In this document: piece by piece, positions 45,949 to 56,246 of the stretch
Position numbering within the stretch: position 1 is the first letter of the stretch
How the letters are laid out: each line of letters begins with the position of its first letter
Made by a program: the position numbers and the translations under genes
Origin: Histomonas meleagridis 2922-C6/04-290x
Taxonomy: Eukaryota; Protista; Parabasalia
Assembly: GCA_020184695.1 (NCBI GenBank)
Contig: JAANOX010000142.1
Coordinates: 248,001 to 312,000, forward strand
Length of the DNA stretch: 64,000 bases
Reading direction: 5' to 3'
Notes under the pieces: generated by a model
Seen by the model: the letters and a program-made list of their open reading frames with translations, nothing else
What the model was told of the DNA's origin: nothing
Database searches by the model: none

Positions 45949-46991
45949 TTATATGTAAATGTGGTTGTCGAATTCATTATCTTGGAAATCTTTCGCAAAT
46001 GGATCTTCTTCTTTAATATTTATGTTGTTATCAGTTGAAATTATTGTATTTATGTTTTCTTCATTTTCGGAATTTGATTCAACTTCATTTAGATTTGAGG
46101 AAATCTTTGTGCGTTTTCGATGACGAATCAATAAAACTGTGAGCAAAATTATTATTATAATAACTATTACGACAACACAAATAATTATTATAATAATATT
46201 CGTTTGATTAACGTTTTCAATATTTTCATTGTTTGCATTAATTATAAAATAATAATTTGAATAAAATGAATATGAAATTAAATATTGGATGATTGTATAT
46301 TTATAAAATATGAATTCTGAATACGTGAAATAACTATTTAAATTACTAAATGTTAAATATAATGATTGCGACGAAAATGTATTAATAATAACTGTTTTCG
46401 TAATGGTTATAGTTTGAATTAATATAAATGAATGAGTTAAAGATCCACTATTCAGAAATGTTAAATAATATGTTTGTAACTTAGTAAATGTATTCGATTT
46501 AGTAAAAGTTTTAGATTTAGAGAATGAATTTGATTTAATAAATGTATTTGAAATAATATATGAATTTGATTTAGTAAATGTATTAGATAAAGTGAATGAA
46601 TTTGATTTAGTAAATGTATTTGAACTAATGCAAAAATTTTTTGTTTATTTTTGACTTTGGGCAGAGAAAAAGGATTTTCCACAATTGTATTCTTGATTTT
46701 GGATAAATGGTTATTAGCTTGTATATTTCCGTTAGATTGACGATTATTATAGACATTTTTTAGCAATTTGTTATTGGAATTAGCAAACCTTGAGAAGCGC
46801 AACATTGAAGCATGGTCTCCTGTTTTAAAATTATTAAGTATATATTGTGGATTTGTTTCCGAACTTTTATTACTCTGATCAGAAATCGAAGAGTAGTGAT
46901 ATGTGGCATGCTGTAAATTACTCCAGGATTTTATCACTAATAATATCGGAAATAAGAACAAGAAGATAAACAATCGTACAAATTGATACAA
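45949..46991 (-). pseudogene. frameshifted type I surface protein with SNTFTKSNSF repeats, TM and DPFAKDF tail
   Basis: The frame from ~46635 down to 45949 is open (CISSNTFTKSNSF...IIIIIICVVVIVIIIILLTVLL..EEDPFAKDF) and joins the 46461-46991 ORF through a -1 shift at an A6/T5 run near 46640. No ATG found upstream. Confidence 0.6.
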
Positions 46992-47628
46992 TTTTAACCA
47001 AAAAAATTCAAAGAAATTTGTAAAATATTTTGTATAAAGATTTTGAGTTTACAAATTTGAAAAAGTTTGTTCATATAATTTGTGAAAATGATCATTTTCT
47101 GTCATCAGTCAAAAACTGTTTTGACAGGGGAAGTGTGTTAACGTTCGCTAAATCGATGAGGTAAACGGGTTGTAAAAAATTAGCAGTACTTTCTGATCGG
47201 TTTTAATAGAATCACGTTCAAAAAGTGAAACCGATTTTTTTTCCACCAGTTTGTGCTTTTCTGCATGATCTTTGATTAGTGAAATTAAATACAAGCTTGG
47301 TGATAATAAAATCAAATTTGGATATATCTGAAAATATATTGTGGATGCTGAGAAATGTCGCAAATAATCTGAGTAAAAAGTGTTACATATATTTATATCT
47401 TAAAATGCATTCAATAAAATCGCTTTTTCATTCATGATTTACTTTGATAAATGGCATAGAAAATGGAATGAAGTAAAAATTTAAAATTCATTTATTGTCA
47501 TATAAAATTAATGACAGTAATTTTTTTTTTTTTTGTTTTTTGGGAATTCTTTTTTTAGTGCTGGTGATGTTTCAGAAAAATCAAATATCTATAATAAAAA
47601 CAAAAGATAAATTTTACATAAATACAAC

Positions 47629-49359
47629 TCACTTCGCTTGGAACATTACAAATAAACTGGGTGATGCTTGCCAAAGTGTCTGTGGTCCTTTCATTATTTT
47701 CATCAATGGCAATCCTATTTCACCAATCTTAAGAGCAAAGAATGTTATTTCAAGATCACGTTTTTCTTTTGGCATTAATGTAATTGAGTAACATGTTGGA
47801 CCGTCAATGATCAAATCATCAGATTCGAAGATTAGGAAAGTTATTAATTCTGGATTATCACTGTCGCTTTTAATTGTTAGCGAGAACGATTGTGGTTGGA
47901 ATTGATATGCTATTGTATTATAGCTTATTTCAACATTTATTAGATTTGGAATTATCTCAATATGAGGGAATTTTATGATTGTACTATAGTTACCTTGATA
48001 ACATATTTGTGGTGAGTAATCAAATTTTAATGAAACATGAGAACTTTCATCAGAGTCAGGTGAATCTGCTTTAAGCATAGTGACAACTGTAAATGTTTCT
48101 CCTGGATTAACGACTGAAGGTGTTCTAAAAGGTACAATTGTTGCTTCTACGTTGTTTGGTTTATTTAATACTTCAACACGATTTACTGAAAGAGGAACAA
48201 GAATCGAAAGAGTACAATGGGTAACGACCGTTAAGCGTTTCTTTGAAAAGAAGTTTGTAAACTTATGTAAAAGTTGGTTGTTTTCATCATAGAAATTTTG
48301 TGTGATTGTAAACGGTTCCTGAAATGAGAGCTGAAAATCTTCTAAAAGCGTTGAAACGCTTTCACCTGTGGATTGAAAGCTGACGTAAATCCTACAAGAA
48401 AAATCAGCATTCTTATTCATCTCTAGTTTTATTACTGAACTTCCTGTTTGCCCTTGTTCAATTACTTTTTTGTCTGATATGATTTGTTTTTTTAATTTAT
48501 GAAGATTGATGATTTCAACAAAACATGTAAACACACAGCTTGGACGTCCTTCATCCACACTCATATTAAAAGTTATTGGATATGGGATTCCAGTGATTGC
48601 ATATTCAGGTCGATCTTTAGTAATGTGATAACCTGAAATATCTGTGATTTGTTGCATCCGACCTTGATAGTGTTTGGTTGTGAATAAGCATTTTGGAAGA
48701 ATAAACTTAACGTTGCAGATTCTAAAAGAGTAATGATCAATTTCTATCTTTTGCTCATCTTGACCAAGAATGAATTCCTTCTTTTGCTTGCATGCTTTGT
48801 TAGGTTTGAGCTCAAGTGTGTCTGTTATTTGTAATGGGAAATCGGAATTAGTATCTGATGATAAATAAAATGTAATTTCAGATATTTTTAGGGGTTCTGG
48901 GAATAAAGAGATAATGTTCATCTCAAAGCTTGTTGGTTTGTTGGCAATAAAATGGGATGATATGAAACCAGCGTCGATATTTAATGGGAAATAAAATTGT
49001 GATGGCTTTGGGTCATGATTTACAAGGGAAATGCAAATTTCTGGAATCTGTTTGATTTGTTCATACCATTCATTTTGATAATTTTCAAGAAAATGAATAT
49101 AATTTTTTGATAGACATATGAAAGAACAATATGCCCATTCTTGGTATCCATTCTTTTGGTTATTTTCTGCTGTATAAAAATGCAAATCCGCCATGAACTT
49201 ATATAGAAAAGATTTTAATGAATAAAATTCACGATTCTTCAAAATTTGTAAGCACTCTGTCACGAGGCTTGAAGCCTTTTCGTACTTCTTGTTTTGGACT
49301 AATTTCCTAATTTTTTGTATCTGATCTGTTATGTTTTTTGTGTTGTCAGCCATCATCAT
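47629..49359 (-). CDS. TRAPPC11/Gryzun-like protein (C-terminal part)
   Basis: Short helical N-terminus followed by Ig-like beta domains ending LEITFFALKIGEIGLPLMKI. Family call is from recalled motif resemblance only. Confidence 0.5.
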   Translation of the reverse strand: MMMADNTKNITDQIQKIRKLVQNKKYEKASSLVTECLQILKNREFYSLKSFLYKFMADLHFYTAENNQKNGYQEWAYCSFICLSKNYIHFLENYQNEWYEQIKQIPEICISLVNHDPKPSQFYFPLNIDAGFISSHFIANKPTSFEMNIISLFPEPLKISEITFYLSSDTNSDFPLQITDTLELKPNKACKQKKEFILGQDEQKIEIDHYSFRICNVKFILPKCLFTTKHYQGRMQQITDISGYHITKDRPEYAITGIPYPITFNMSVDEGRPSCVFTCFVEIINLHKLKKQIISDKKVIEQGQTGSSVIKLEMNKNADFSCRIYVSFQSTGESVSTLLEDFQLSFQEPFTITQNFYDENNQLLHKFTNFFSKKRLTVVTHCTLSILVPLSVNRVEVLNKPNNVEATIVPFRTPSVVNPGETFTVVTMLKADSPDSDESSHVSLKFDYSPQICYQGNYSTIIKFPHIEIIPNLINVEISYNTIAYQFQPQSFSLTIKSDSDNPELITFLIFESDDLIIDGPTCYSITLMPKEKRDLEITFFALKIGEIGLPLMKIMKGPQTLWQASPSLFVMFQAK

Positions 49360-49551
49360 CACTTGTAGGGCAAAAAAACGTTCAAAATGCGCACAAATTC
49401 TCTGCCGATACACAGCGGTTGTACTTTATTTTCACTTTTGACATGAATAAACCACTCAAAATTGAGCACAATAAACAAATTTGTTGACAAAAAACTGTAC
49501 GCGATAAAATGAATCGAAAAAAAAGTTTTTCATGTTAAATCAAATGAAATT

Positions 49552-51513
49552 TTACTTATTAGTGAATGTCCTCAAATACTCATCGACTAATTCCAACATT
49601 TCGATGTTCGGTGCCTTAAAGTGTACTGCCGTATTATTCCCAATTGCGAATGCCTTCATTGCAATCTGCGCTCCGTCGGGCGTCACTGCCATTACTTTCA
49701 TTATTTCGTTCTCTTTTATGCATCCGTTCGATAGTACGGTTGAGTTAATGACTCTCATAAACTCATTAAATTTCATTTGTAAAGTAACTCTTGACTCGAT
49801 TCCCTTTTCCCAAATGTTATTAAAGTCGTTCACATTCGTCAAAGGCGATAACAATTCGCCAAATGTTACATCGATATCATTCAAATACGAAAACTTCGTT
49901 TCTCCATGAACATTCGTATAGATGCAACATGCCCTTAATTTACAAGGACCCGATTTTTTAGGCTCCATTTCAAACTGGACTTGGCAGCCATTAATTATCG
50001 ATGAAACTACGGAGATGCCATCGTTCACAAAGTAATTTGGATTCGACAATTGAAAACGCGCGGCGTAAACCTGTGAATTCTTGTTATTTAAATTCCCATT
50101 TATTTCGATTGATAACAAAATCATTGTTTTAGTTCGGTCATTAGTTGTAATTACTTTATCGACGATGTTAAACATAGAGTTTTCGATTGATAAGTTTGGT
50201 GTTTTAGTATTATCATTTGATTCATTTTTGTGACTTGTTTCAATTGTTTTTTCATTGTTATTATTAAATTGTTTTAATTTGTTTATTGCTGTGATCGATT
50301 CAAGTGAATCATTTTTCGTTGAATTAATAAACTCTGAAAGTATTAACGAGTTATCTTCAGTGATGTTATTAATGATCGATAACGTTGGAATATTATTTTG
50401 TAACATTATTCGAATCGAACTTTCACGTTTCGGATAATTTAATAAATAACTTCGTAACATAGTTTGGACTTTAGAGTTTTGCGTTTCATATAATTTGACC
50501 CAATGATTATCAAAGTTCGATGTCTTTTCATAATACTTACGAAAGAACTTAAATAAATCGCGTGGCTTAAATCGTGACGCAACTTCAAACACTGCAGAAA
50601 CAATTGAACTTGTTGGCGAATGATTTACAAAGTCTGATAACGTTGAATTAGTTTCTATCGACTCGATAAGTGGCGGTAAAAGTTGTGACTTCGATGCAAT
50701 TTGTTCTTTGGTATCAAATGGTGTAAATAACGAATCGCCATTAAATGAAAATGTGTCTTTAAACCCTAATAATACTGATGAGACTCCAAAACTACTTAAT
50801 GGAGTGTTGATTAATGATAATAACGTGTCGCGTGGAACTTTGTTTTGTGTCATGAAAATGTGTAATAGAATTGGATCGTTTGGAATTAATGGATATTCGG
50901 GTTGGAATATGGATGTGACAAATGTGGTCTCAAATGGTGAATTATACCACCAGCGTTTGGAATAGTAATCAAGAATTTGATCAGTGCTGCCATTCATGTC
51001 AATGGCTAACTCTGGAAATGCGGTTGGAACTTGTAAATTACAACATTCGATAAGTGTGTCATAAGGAATTTTGATAAGATCGGGATAGTGATTATATATC
51101 TCTAAAAGACATTGACTGCAAATGGTTTGAACATGTGGAACTTGATTTGTATCACGAGATGTTTTAAATAATTCATCAATAAATTCATTAATACCTGGAA
51201 CTGTATCAGCGGATTGAATCCAAAGTTTGGTTAATGAGGTATAACCGACAATTATTGATGATAATTGACTAGAATTCTTTAATATTAAAGATAGGTTCTT
51301 GACTCTTTTAAAATAATCTTTGCAACTAGAAAATGTTTTATATTCTTCAACAAGAAAATTAAGGAAATTTTGGGAATGACATTGTTCTAAATGACTAAAT
51401 GATTTTTCTATAAAATCAAAAATTTGCGTTTCGGTATAAGGGATTTGTGCTGATGAATGAAACTTTTGTATAATTTCATATAAGCCGTCTACCGAAAGAT
51501 TCATCTGCACCAA
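49552..51513 (-). CDS. AP-5 beta (AP5B1)-like adaptor subunit
   Basis: Helical trunk plus appendage-like C-terminus (YAARFQL..MEPKKSGPCKLRACCIYTN..IDVTFGELLSPL). Family call tentative. Confidence 0.45.
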   Translation of the reverse strand: MVQMNLSVDGLYEIIQKFHSSAQIPYTETQIFDFIEKSFSHLEQCHSQNFLNFLVEEYKTFSSCKDYFKRVKNLSLILKNSSQLSSIIVGYTSLTKLWIQSADTVPGINEFIDELFKTSRDTNQVPHVQTICSQCLLEIYNHYPDLIKIPYDTLIECCNLQVPTAFPELAIDMNGSTDQILDYYSKRWWYNSPFETTFVTSIFQPEYPLIPNDPILLHIFMTQNKVPRDTLLSLINTPLSSFGVSSVLLGFKDTFSFNGDSLFTPFDTKEQIASKSQLLPPLIESIETNSTLSDFVNHSPTSSIVSAVFEVASRFKPRDLFKFFRKYYEKTSNFDNHWVKLYETQNSKVQTMLRSYLLNYPKRESSIRIMLQNNIPTLSIINNITEDNSLILSEFINSTKNDSLESITAINKLKQFNNNNEKTIETSHKNESNDNTKTPNLSIENSMFNIVDKVITTNDRTKTMILLSIEINGNLNNKNSQVYAARFQLSNPNYFVNDGISVVSSIINGCQVQFEMEPKKSGPCKLRACCIYTNVHGETKFSYLNDIDVTFGELLSPLTNVNDFNNIWEKGIESRVTLQMKFNEFMRVINSTVLSNGCIKENEIMKVMAVTPDGAQIAMKAFAIGNNTAVHFKAPNIEMLELVDEYLRTFTNK

Positions 51514-51580
51514 AATGTAAACCTGTCAATTATGGCGGTTTTACATCAAATAATAATGATGTGCAAAATGAAATTGGAAA

Positions 51581-52018
51581 ATGAGAACTTTCGCGCCAAT
51601 GATTATTAATGATAAAGACAAATTTATTGATCAACAAAATACGGAGTGTTATCGACTTTATATGTTATTAGATAAAAATCGTGAAACAAAAATTTGGGAT
51701 TGTATTCAAGATTTTTGGTCATTTTTTAGAATATCTGCACAAATGCCATCATTTCCAGATGAAACAAGAGCTAATTTTGAAAGAGAACTATCTAGATATG
51801 TATTTACAATTCATTCAATTATTAATCAAGAAATTGGAAAAATTTACCAAAGAAATCCACATTTATCATATTACTCATCCAGCGAAGATTTCAAATTTTC
51901 AAAACTTCGAGTTGTTCCCGAAGTTCTCATTGTCAAAGATTGTTTTCCACTTCGAAAACTTTTCTTATTTAGCATCAAATCAATGGTAATTGTTGATTTA
52001 ATTCAAGAAAAACCATAA
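51581..52018 (+). CDS. hypothetical protein (145 aa)
   Basis: ORF with plausible composition; the overlapping 51681-51989 ORF is probably a shadow. Confidence 0.5.
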   Translation: MRTFAPMIINDKDKFIDQQNTECYRLYMLLDKNRETKIWDCIQDFWSFFRISAQMPSFPDETRANFERELSRYVFTIHSIINQEIGKIYQRNPHLSYYSSSEDFKFSKLRVVPEVLIVKDCFPLRKLFLFSIKSMVIVDLIQEKP

Positions 52019-52044
52019 ATAAATGCTTGAAATGTTTATTTTGT

Positions 52045-54028
52045 TTATTTTATTTTCTCGTTTAACATTTCGACTATTTCATTGTACTTCTTTGCAGTTG
52101 CAATTGAAAGTGCTGTTTCAAATAATTTTTGTAATTTCCGAATTTTATTTATAGACTTTAAATTTTTATGTTAAATATTATATAATGTGAATAAAAACCT
52201 TTAATATTAATATCAATTCCATCTTGTTCAAGAAGTAACTTAACCATATCTTTTATGTTTTCTTGAGTTGCAAGCATAAGTCCTGTATAAAATAGTTTAA
52301 ATAAATTCCAATTATTATAATGAAATATTTTGTCAGAAAAATGAATTTTAAATAAAATAATTAATTATCTTGTGCATTAATATCATAGTTTAATTTTAGA
52401 AGGATTTCAACTGTTTTAATTCTACCATTATAACATGCTGATATAAAAGCAGTTCGAAATATTATAAAGAATTTCCAAATTTTAGAAACAAACTTCAAAA
52501 TTCAAAAATATATTTCAAATAAAATTAATGTATATTTCGAGTATAGATATCAATTCCTTTTTGTTGAAGAAGATAATTAATGGTATTTACACGACCAGAT
52601 TTAGCTGCCCAAATAAATGCTGTATTAAATGATTTAAACAAATTCCAAATATTATTTTGTAATATAAAATTGTTTAAATAAATATTAAATAAAATAAAAA
52701 AATGTCCTTTTCATTTATATCAGTTTTATTTTGTTCTAAAATTATTTTAACTATATCAGTAAAACCTGATTCAGCTGCAATCATAACAGGTGTTGTAAAT
52801 AATTTATTTAAATAGCAAATATTATAATGAAATCCAAATTTATAAATAGAAACATAAAACTTTCAAAATAAATATTTTTAGCATTTATATCAATATTATC
52901 ATTTTCTATAATATATTTAACAATTTCAAAATTACTTGATTCGACTGCATATAATAAAATATCTTTTGGAATTTGATTGTTTTGTCTAAAGTATTGATAA
53001 AGTAATAAATTACCATCTCGTGAAGTTTCTTTAATAATTTTCTCGGTAATATGTAATCCGTTGTCCATTAAATATTTAAAAATATCATAGTTGTGAGATC
53101 TGATGCATTTAATTGCCAAATTTTCCAAATTATTACATGGAACAATTTTATTTTCATAAAGATATTTAAAGATATCATTATGGTATAATTCAATTGCTGA
53201 TTCATATCCCCCTTTCAATGATATATGGTATTGTTCACATAAATGAATTATTTCTAAATTTTCACCTCCAACTGCATATCTACCAAGTTCAATGGTATCA
53301 TGTGAACAATTTAGCAACAAATATTTAAAACATTTAACAGCTCCAAAATATGCAGAAAAATCAATAAGTGTAACATCTATTTTGTTTACAAATTCAAACC
53401 TTTCATAAATTGATGGCTCAATTTCTTGATCAAAATTAAAGTTTGGCTGTGCTGCTATTACTTGAAGTTTATCAACGTCATCATTTCGAATTATTTTTGC
53501 AAGTTCATTTGGATTAATACCTTCTTTAATGAATTTTTTATGGAGTGCCCAGTCGTCTTTTTGGTATTCTTCTAAATTTTCATACATCCCTTTATCTGTA
53601 AATGCATATTTAGACAGATTTTTATAGATAGAGTTATAATGCATAAAAAATGGAAATTGAAATCGATTTAAAATTTTTGGATCCATTATTTTTAATTCAA
53701 TGAACCTTTCGAATATATAAAATAAACCGTGTTTCTGTAAAGGAATAAAATATTCGATAAAGACATCAAAGATAAGGGATTTGATTTTGTTGTCTTTTTC
53801 ATATTTTTCAATTTCCTGCATAAATTCTATCAGTATATCAATGTCCAAAGGTCTTTTAATGTATACCATATAGATCATTTGACTAATAAGCATGTTGAAA
53901 TAATAAGGATAATTATCATCATAAAAATTCATTATTGATAATACTGATGATGCAATGTTTTCCTTATTTAAGTTCAAGATTGTATGCTGAATTGTTTCAA
54001 GAGTTTGCAATTCCTTGGATTTCGACAT
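52045..54028 (-). CDS. DUF3447-like + ankyrin-repeat protein B; 547 aa after removal of twenty 17-nt inserts
   Basis: ATG 54028; 385 uninterrupted codons; segments of 90, 90, 87, 90 and 72 nt separated by five spacers. 1984-340=1644 nt=548 codons, with the only stop at 52045-52047. Confidence 0.85.
52117..52873 (-). other. five exactly 80-nt spacers, each 4x(17-nt insert + 1 codon)
   Basis: Spacers 52794-52873, 52624-52703, 52454-52533, 52287-52366, 52117-52196 decode to N-YWAT-TPV, D-NYGN-TAF, N-EEGR-TAF, D-KNGY-TGL, G-NKGE-TAL. Confidence 0.93.
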
Positions 54029-54769
54029 GTTATGAAGTGAAAAATTTTCATATCGTCATTTACCGATCATATTTTTGATTCAAAATTGAATAAACAGTGA
54101 AATTTTGTGAATGCTTTTAAAATTGTATTGCTTATCGATATTTGAATTTTTGTTCGGCTTGATATATACCAATGTGGTTCATATAAATTTAGTTGGAGTA
54201 AAATGACATTTTTAATATGAAGCTATTTTAAATCAAAAAGTAAATGCAGATTTCACTAAGTCTGTTCATTAATATTATTGATTTATGGATTCCTAAATTA
54301 TGATTAAAAATGAACAAAACAAACAACATTCAAAAGTAATTTCCGCACAACTTCATATAAATGTTTATATTGTAATATGTAATGTAATGTAATGTACAAT
54401 ATATTGTATACTTGATTAAATATCCATGAAACAAATGAGGAATTCATGGTGATCATATTCATAGCAATGATTTTTATTTCCATTTCATGATGTTTCAAAA
54501 TTAATGAAATTTGTTTTTCATGTATATAATTAATTATTTATAAAAAACATACAGTGCAGTGAAAAAATACATTGTTGTAAAAAAATTATATAAGAATTTC
54601 TTTAACATTAAAATATGAACAAAAGATTTTTTTCCATTTTTTAGGTTTAATTCAAAAAGTGGAATATGATTCACAGCACAGCTAAAGAATGAGAGTTCCA
54701 AACAAATCATCTTATTTCTCATTTTCAGCATGGCATAATAATGACTAATGATTTAAAAATCAACAACCC

Positions 54770-55405
54770 CATTATGAAAGAAGGGATAAATATTGATGAT
54801 ACAAATTTTTTATTATCTTATTTGGTGTTATTTTAATACTTATTATTATTTTTTGGAATTTGCTTATATAATTTGGTATTAATGTTAATGCTAAGAATAT
54901 TTATCTGTTTGATTTAATGTTGTTTAAATTATTAACTTAGTACTAAGTATTTATTAGTTTTATTTAGAATTTGTTTTAATAATTCAGGATTTCAAAATAA
55001 TATTCGGAAATTATTTAAATTATTTAGAACAGCACTTATTTTAGCATCTTATAAAGGTCATACAGAAATTGTTAAATTATTTCTTGAACAAGAAGGAATT
55101 GATATTAATGCTAAAGGTATTTATTTGTTTTATTTAAAATTTATTTTTATAATTTAATATTTCAAAATAATATTTGGAAATTATTTAAATTATTTAATAC
55201 AGCACTTATATGGGCATCTGAAAATGGTCATATAGAAATAGTTAAATTACTTCTTGAACAAGAAGGAATTGATATGAATGCGAAAAATATTTATTTTACA
55301 AATATCATGATAATTTAAAATAATATTTGGAAATTATTCAAATTAAATAAAACAGCACTTATGATTGCTCATGAAAATAATAATGTAGGAAATGAGAAGA
55401 TATAA
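54770..55405 (+). pseudogene. orphan ankyrin array C (no DUF3447-like N-terminus) with 17-nt-insert spacers
   Basis: Spacers 54949-55028 (RRGR), 55119-55198 (KNGN) and 55289-55351 (HDGK, 63 nt); two intact 90-nt segments; degenerate remnants at 54770-54948; TAA 55403-55405. Confidence 0.75.
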
Positions 55406-55840
55406 TATCAAGTTCAAAAAAGTTACAACTTACATTATTAATTATGGTGATAATAGTGATGTTAATTTTTCTGTTGGTGCTGCATATAGTAGAGGCTGTC
55501 CAAACGAAACTTATTACATTACACCCGGCAAAACAGAAAAAATGAATGTTTTACTACAAGAAGACATCAACGCATTAAATGGAATGAGTTCAATTTCAAC
55601 TTATTCCCAATTCGTAAGTAAATATGATTCACTTGAACAGTACAAGCCAAAACAAATGGAACAAAAGGAGACTGTGTATTAAAAAATGATTTGAATGCAC
55701 TGAAGCAAAGAACTAATCCAAATGGATTAAGTGAAAATGATAGAAATAACTTTGAAGCTAAATGGAATCCATTATATAAAATGGCGGATGGTGCAATCCA
55801 AAATACATTTAGCATAAGTGATATAACAGCTGCTAAAACA
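55392..55840 (+). pseudogene. coding-like remnant with a frameshift
   Basis: ORF 55392-55682 continues after a -1 shift as NDLNALKQRTNPNGLSENDRNNFEAKWNPLYKMADGAIQ.. to a TGA; no recognisable domain. Confidence 0.35.
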
Positions 55841-56246
55841 TCTTGATTATTAATTGAATCATCATTACTAAAAATTAATCTAAGACATTTAAATTCTTTT
55901 TTCTTTTTTCAATTTCAAAAAACGAACCCATAATCTTAATATTGTTTCCAAAAATTTTTTTCTTCCACTCAGATTCCAAACATTTGAAAAATATAATGTG
56001 CATAGCATCAATTGGATCAATGAATAGAAAGTTAAGGCAAAAATCTCTAGTTAAAGATTGATACTAATACATATCTAAACACTATCCTAAATTGAAAAAA
56101 AAAAAGTTTAAGATTTAATTAGAAGAATAATTAATGTGTAAATAACTTAATGACACATTTTTAAATATTTAATCGTCATGAAACAAATATGAGCACAAAA
56201 AGGATTTTAATTAGTTAAAGGAAATGTGACATGAAATATACTCAAA

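Noticed and set aside
37772-55700. The frameshifts in broken ORFs (near 37960, 38165, 46640, 55680) are all -1, equivalent to +17
   Set aside because: Single-base deletions, common in long-read assemblies, give the same sign. AT...TT-bounded 17-mers occur by chance in such AT-rich DNA. Only the 46.6-kb case is kept, at low interest.
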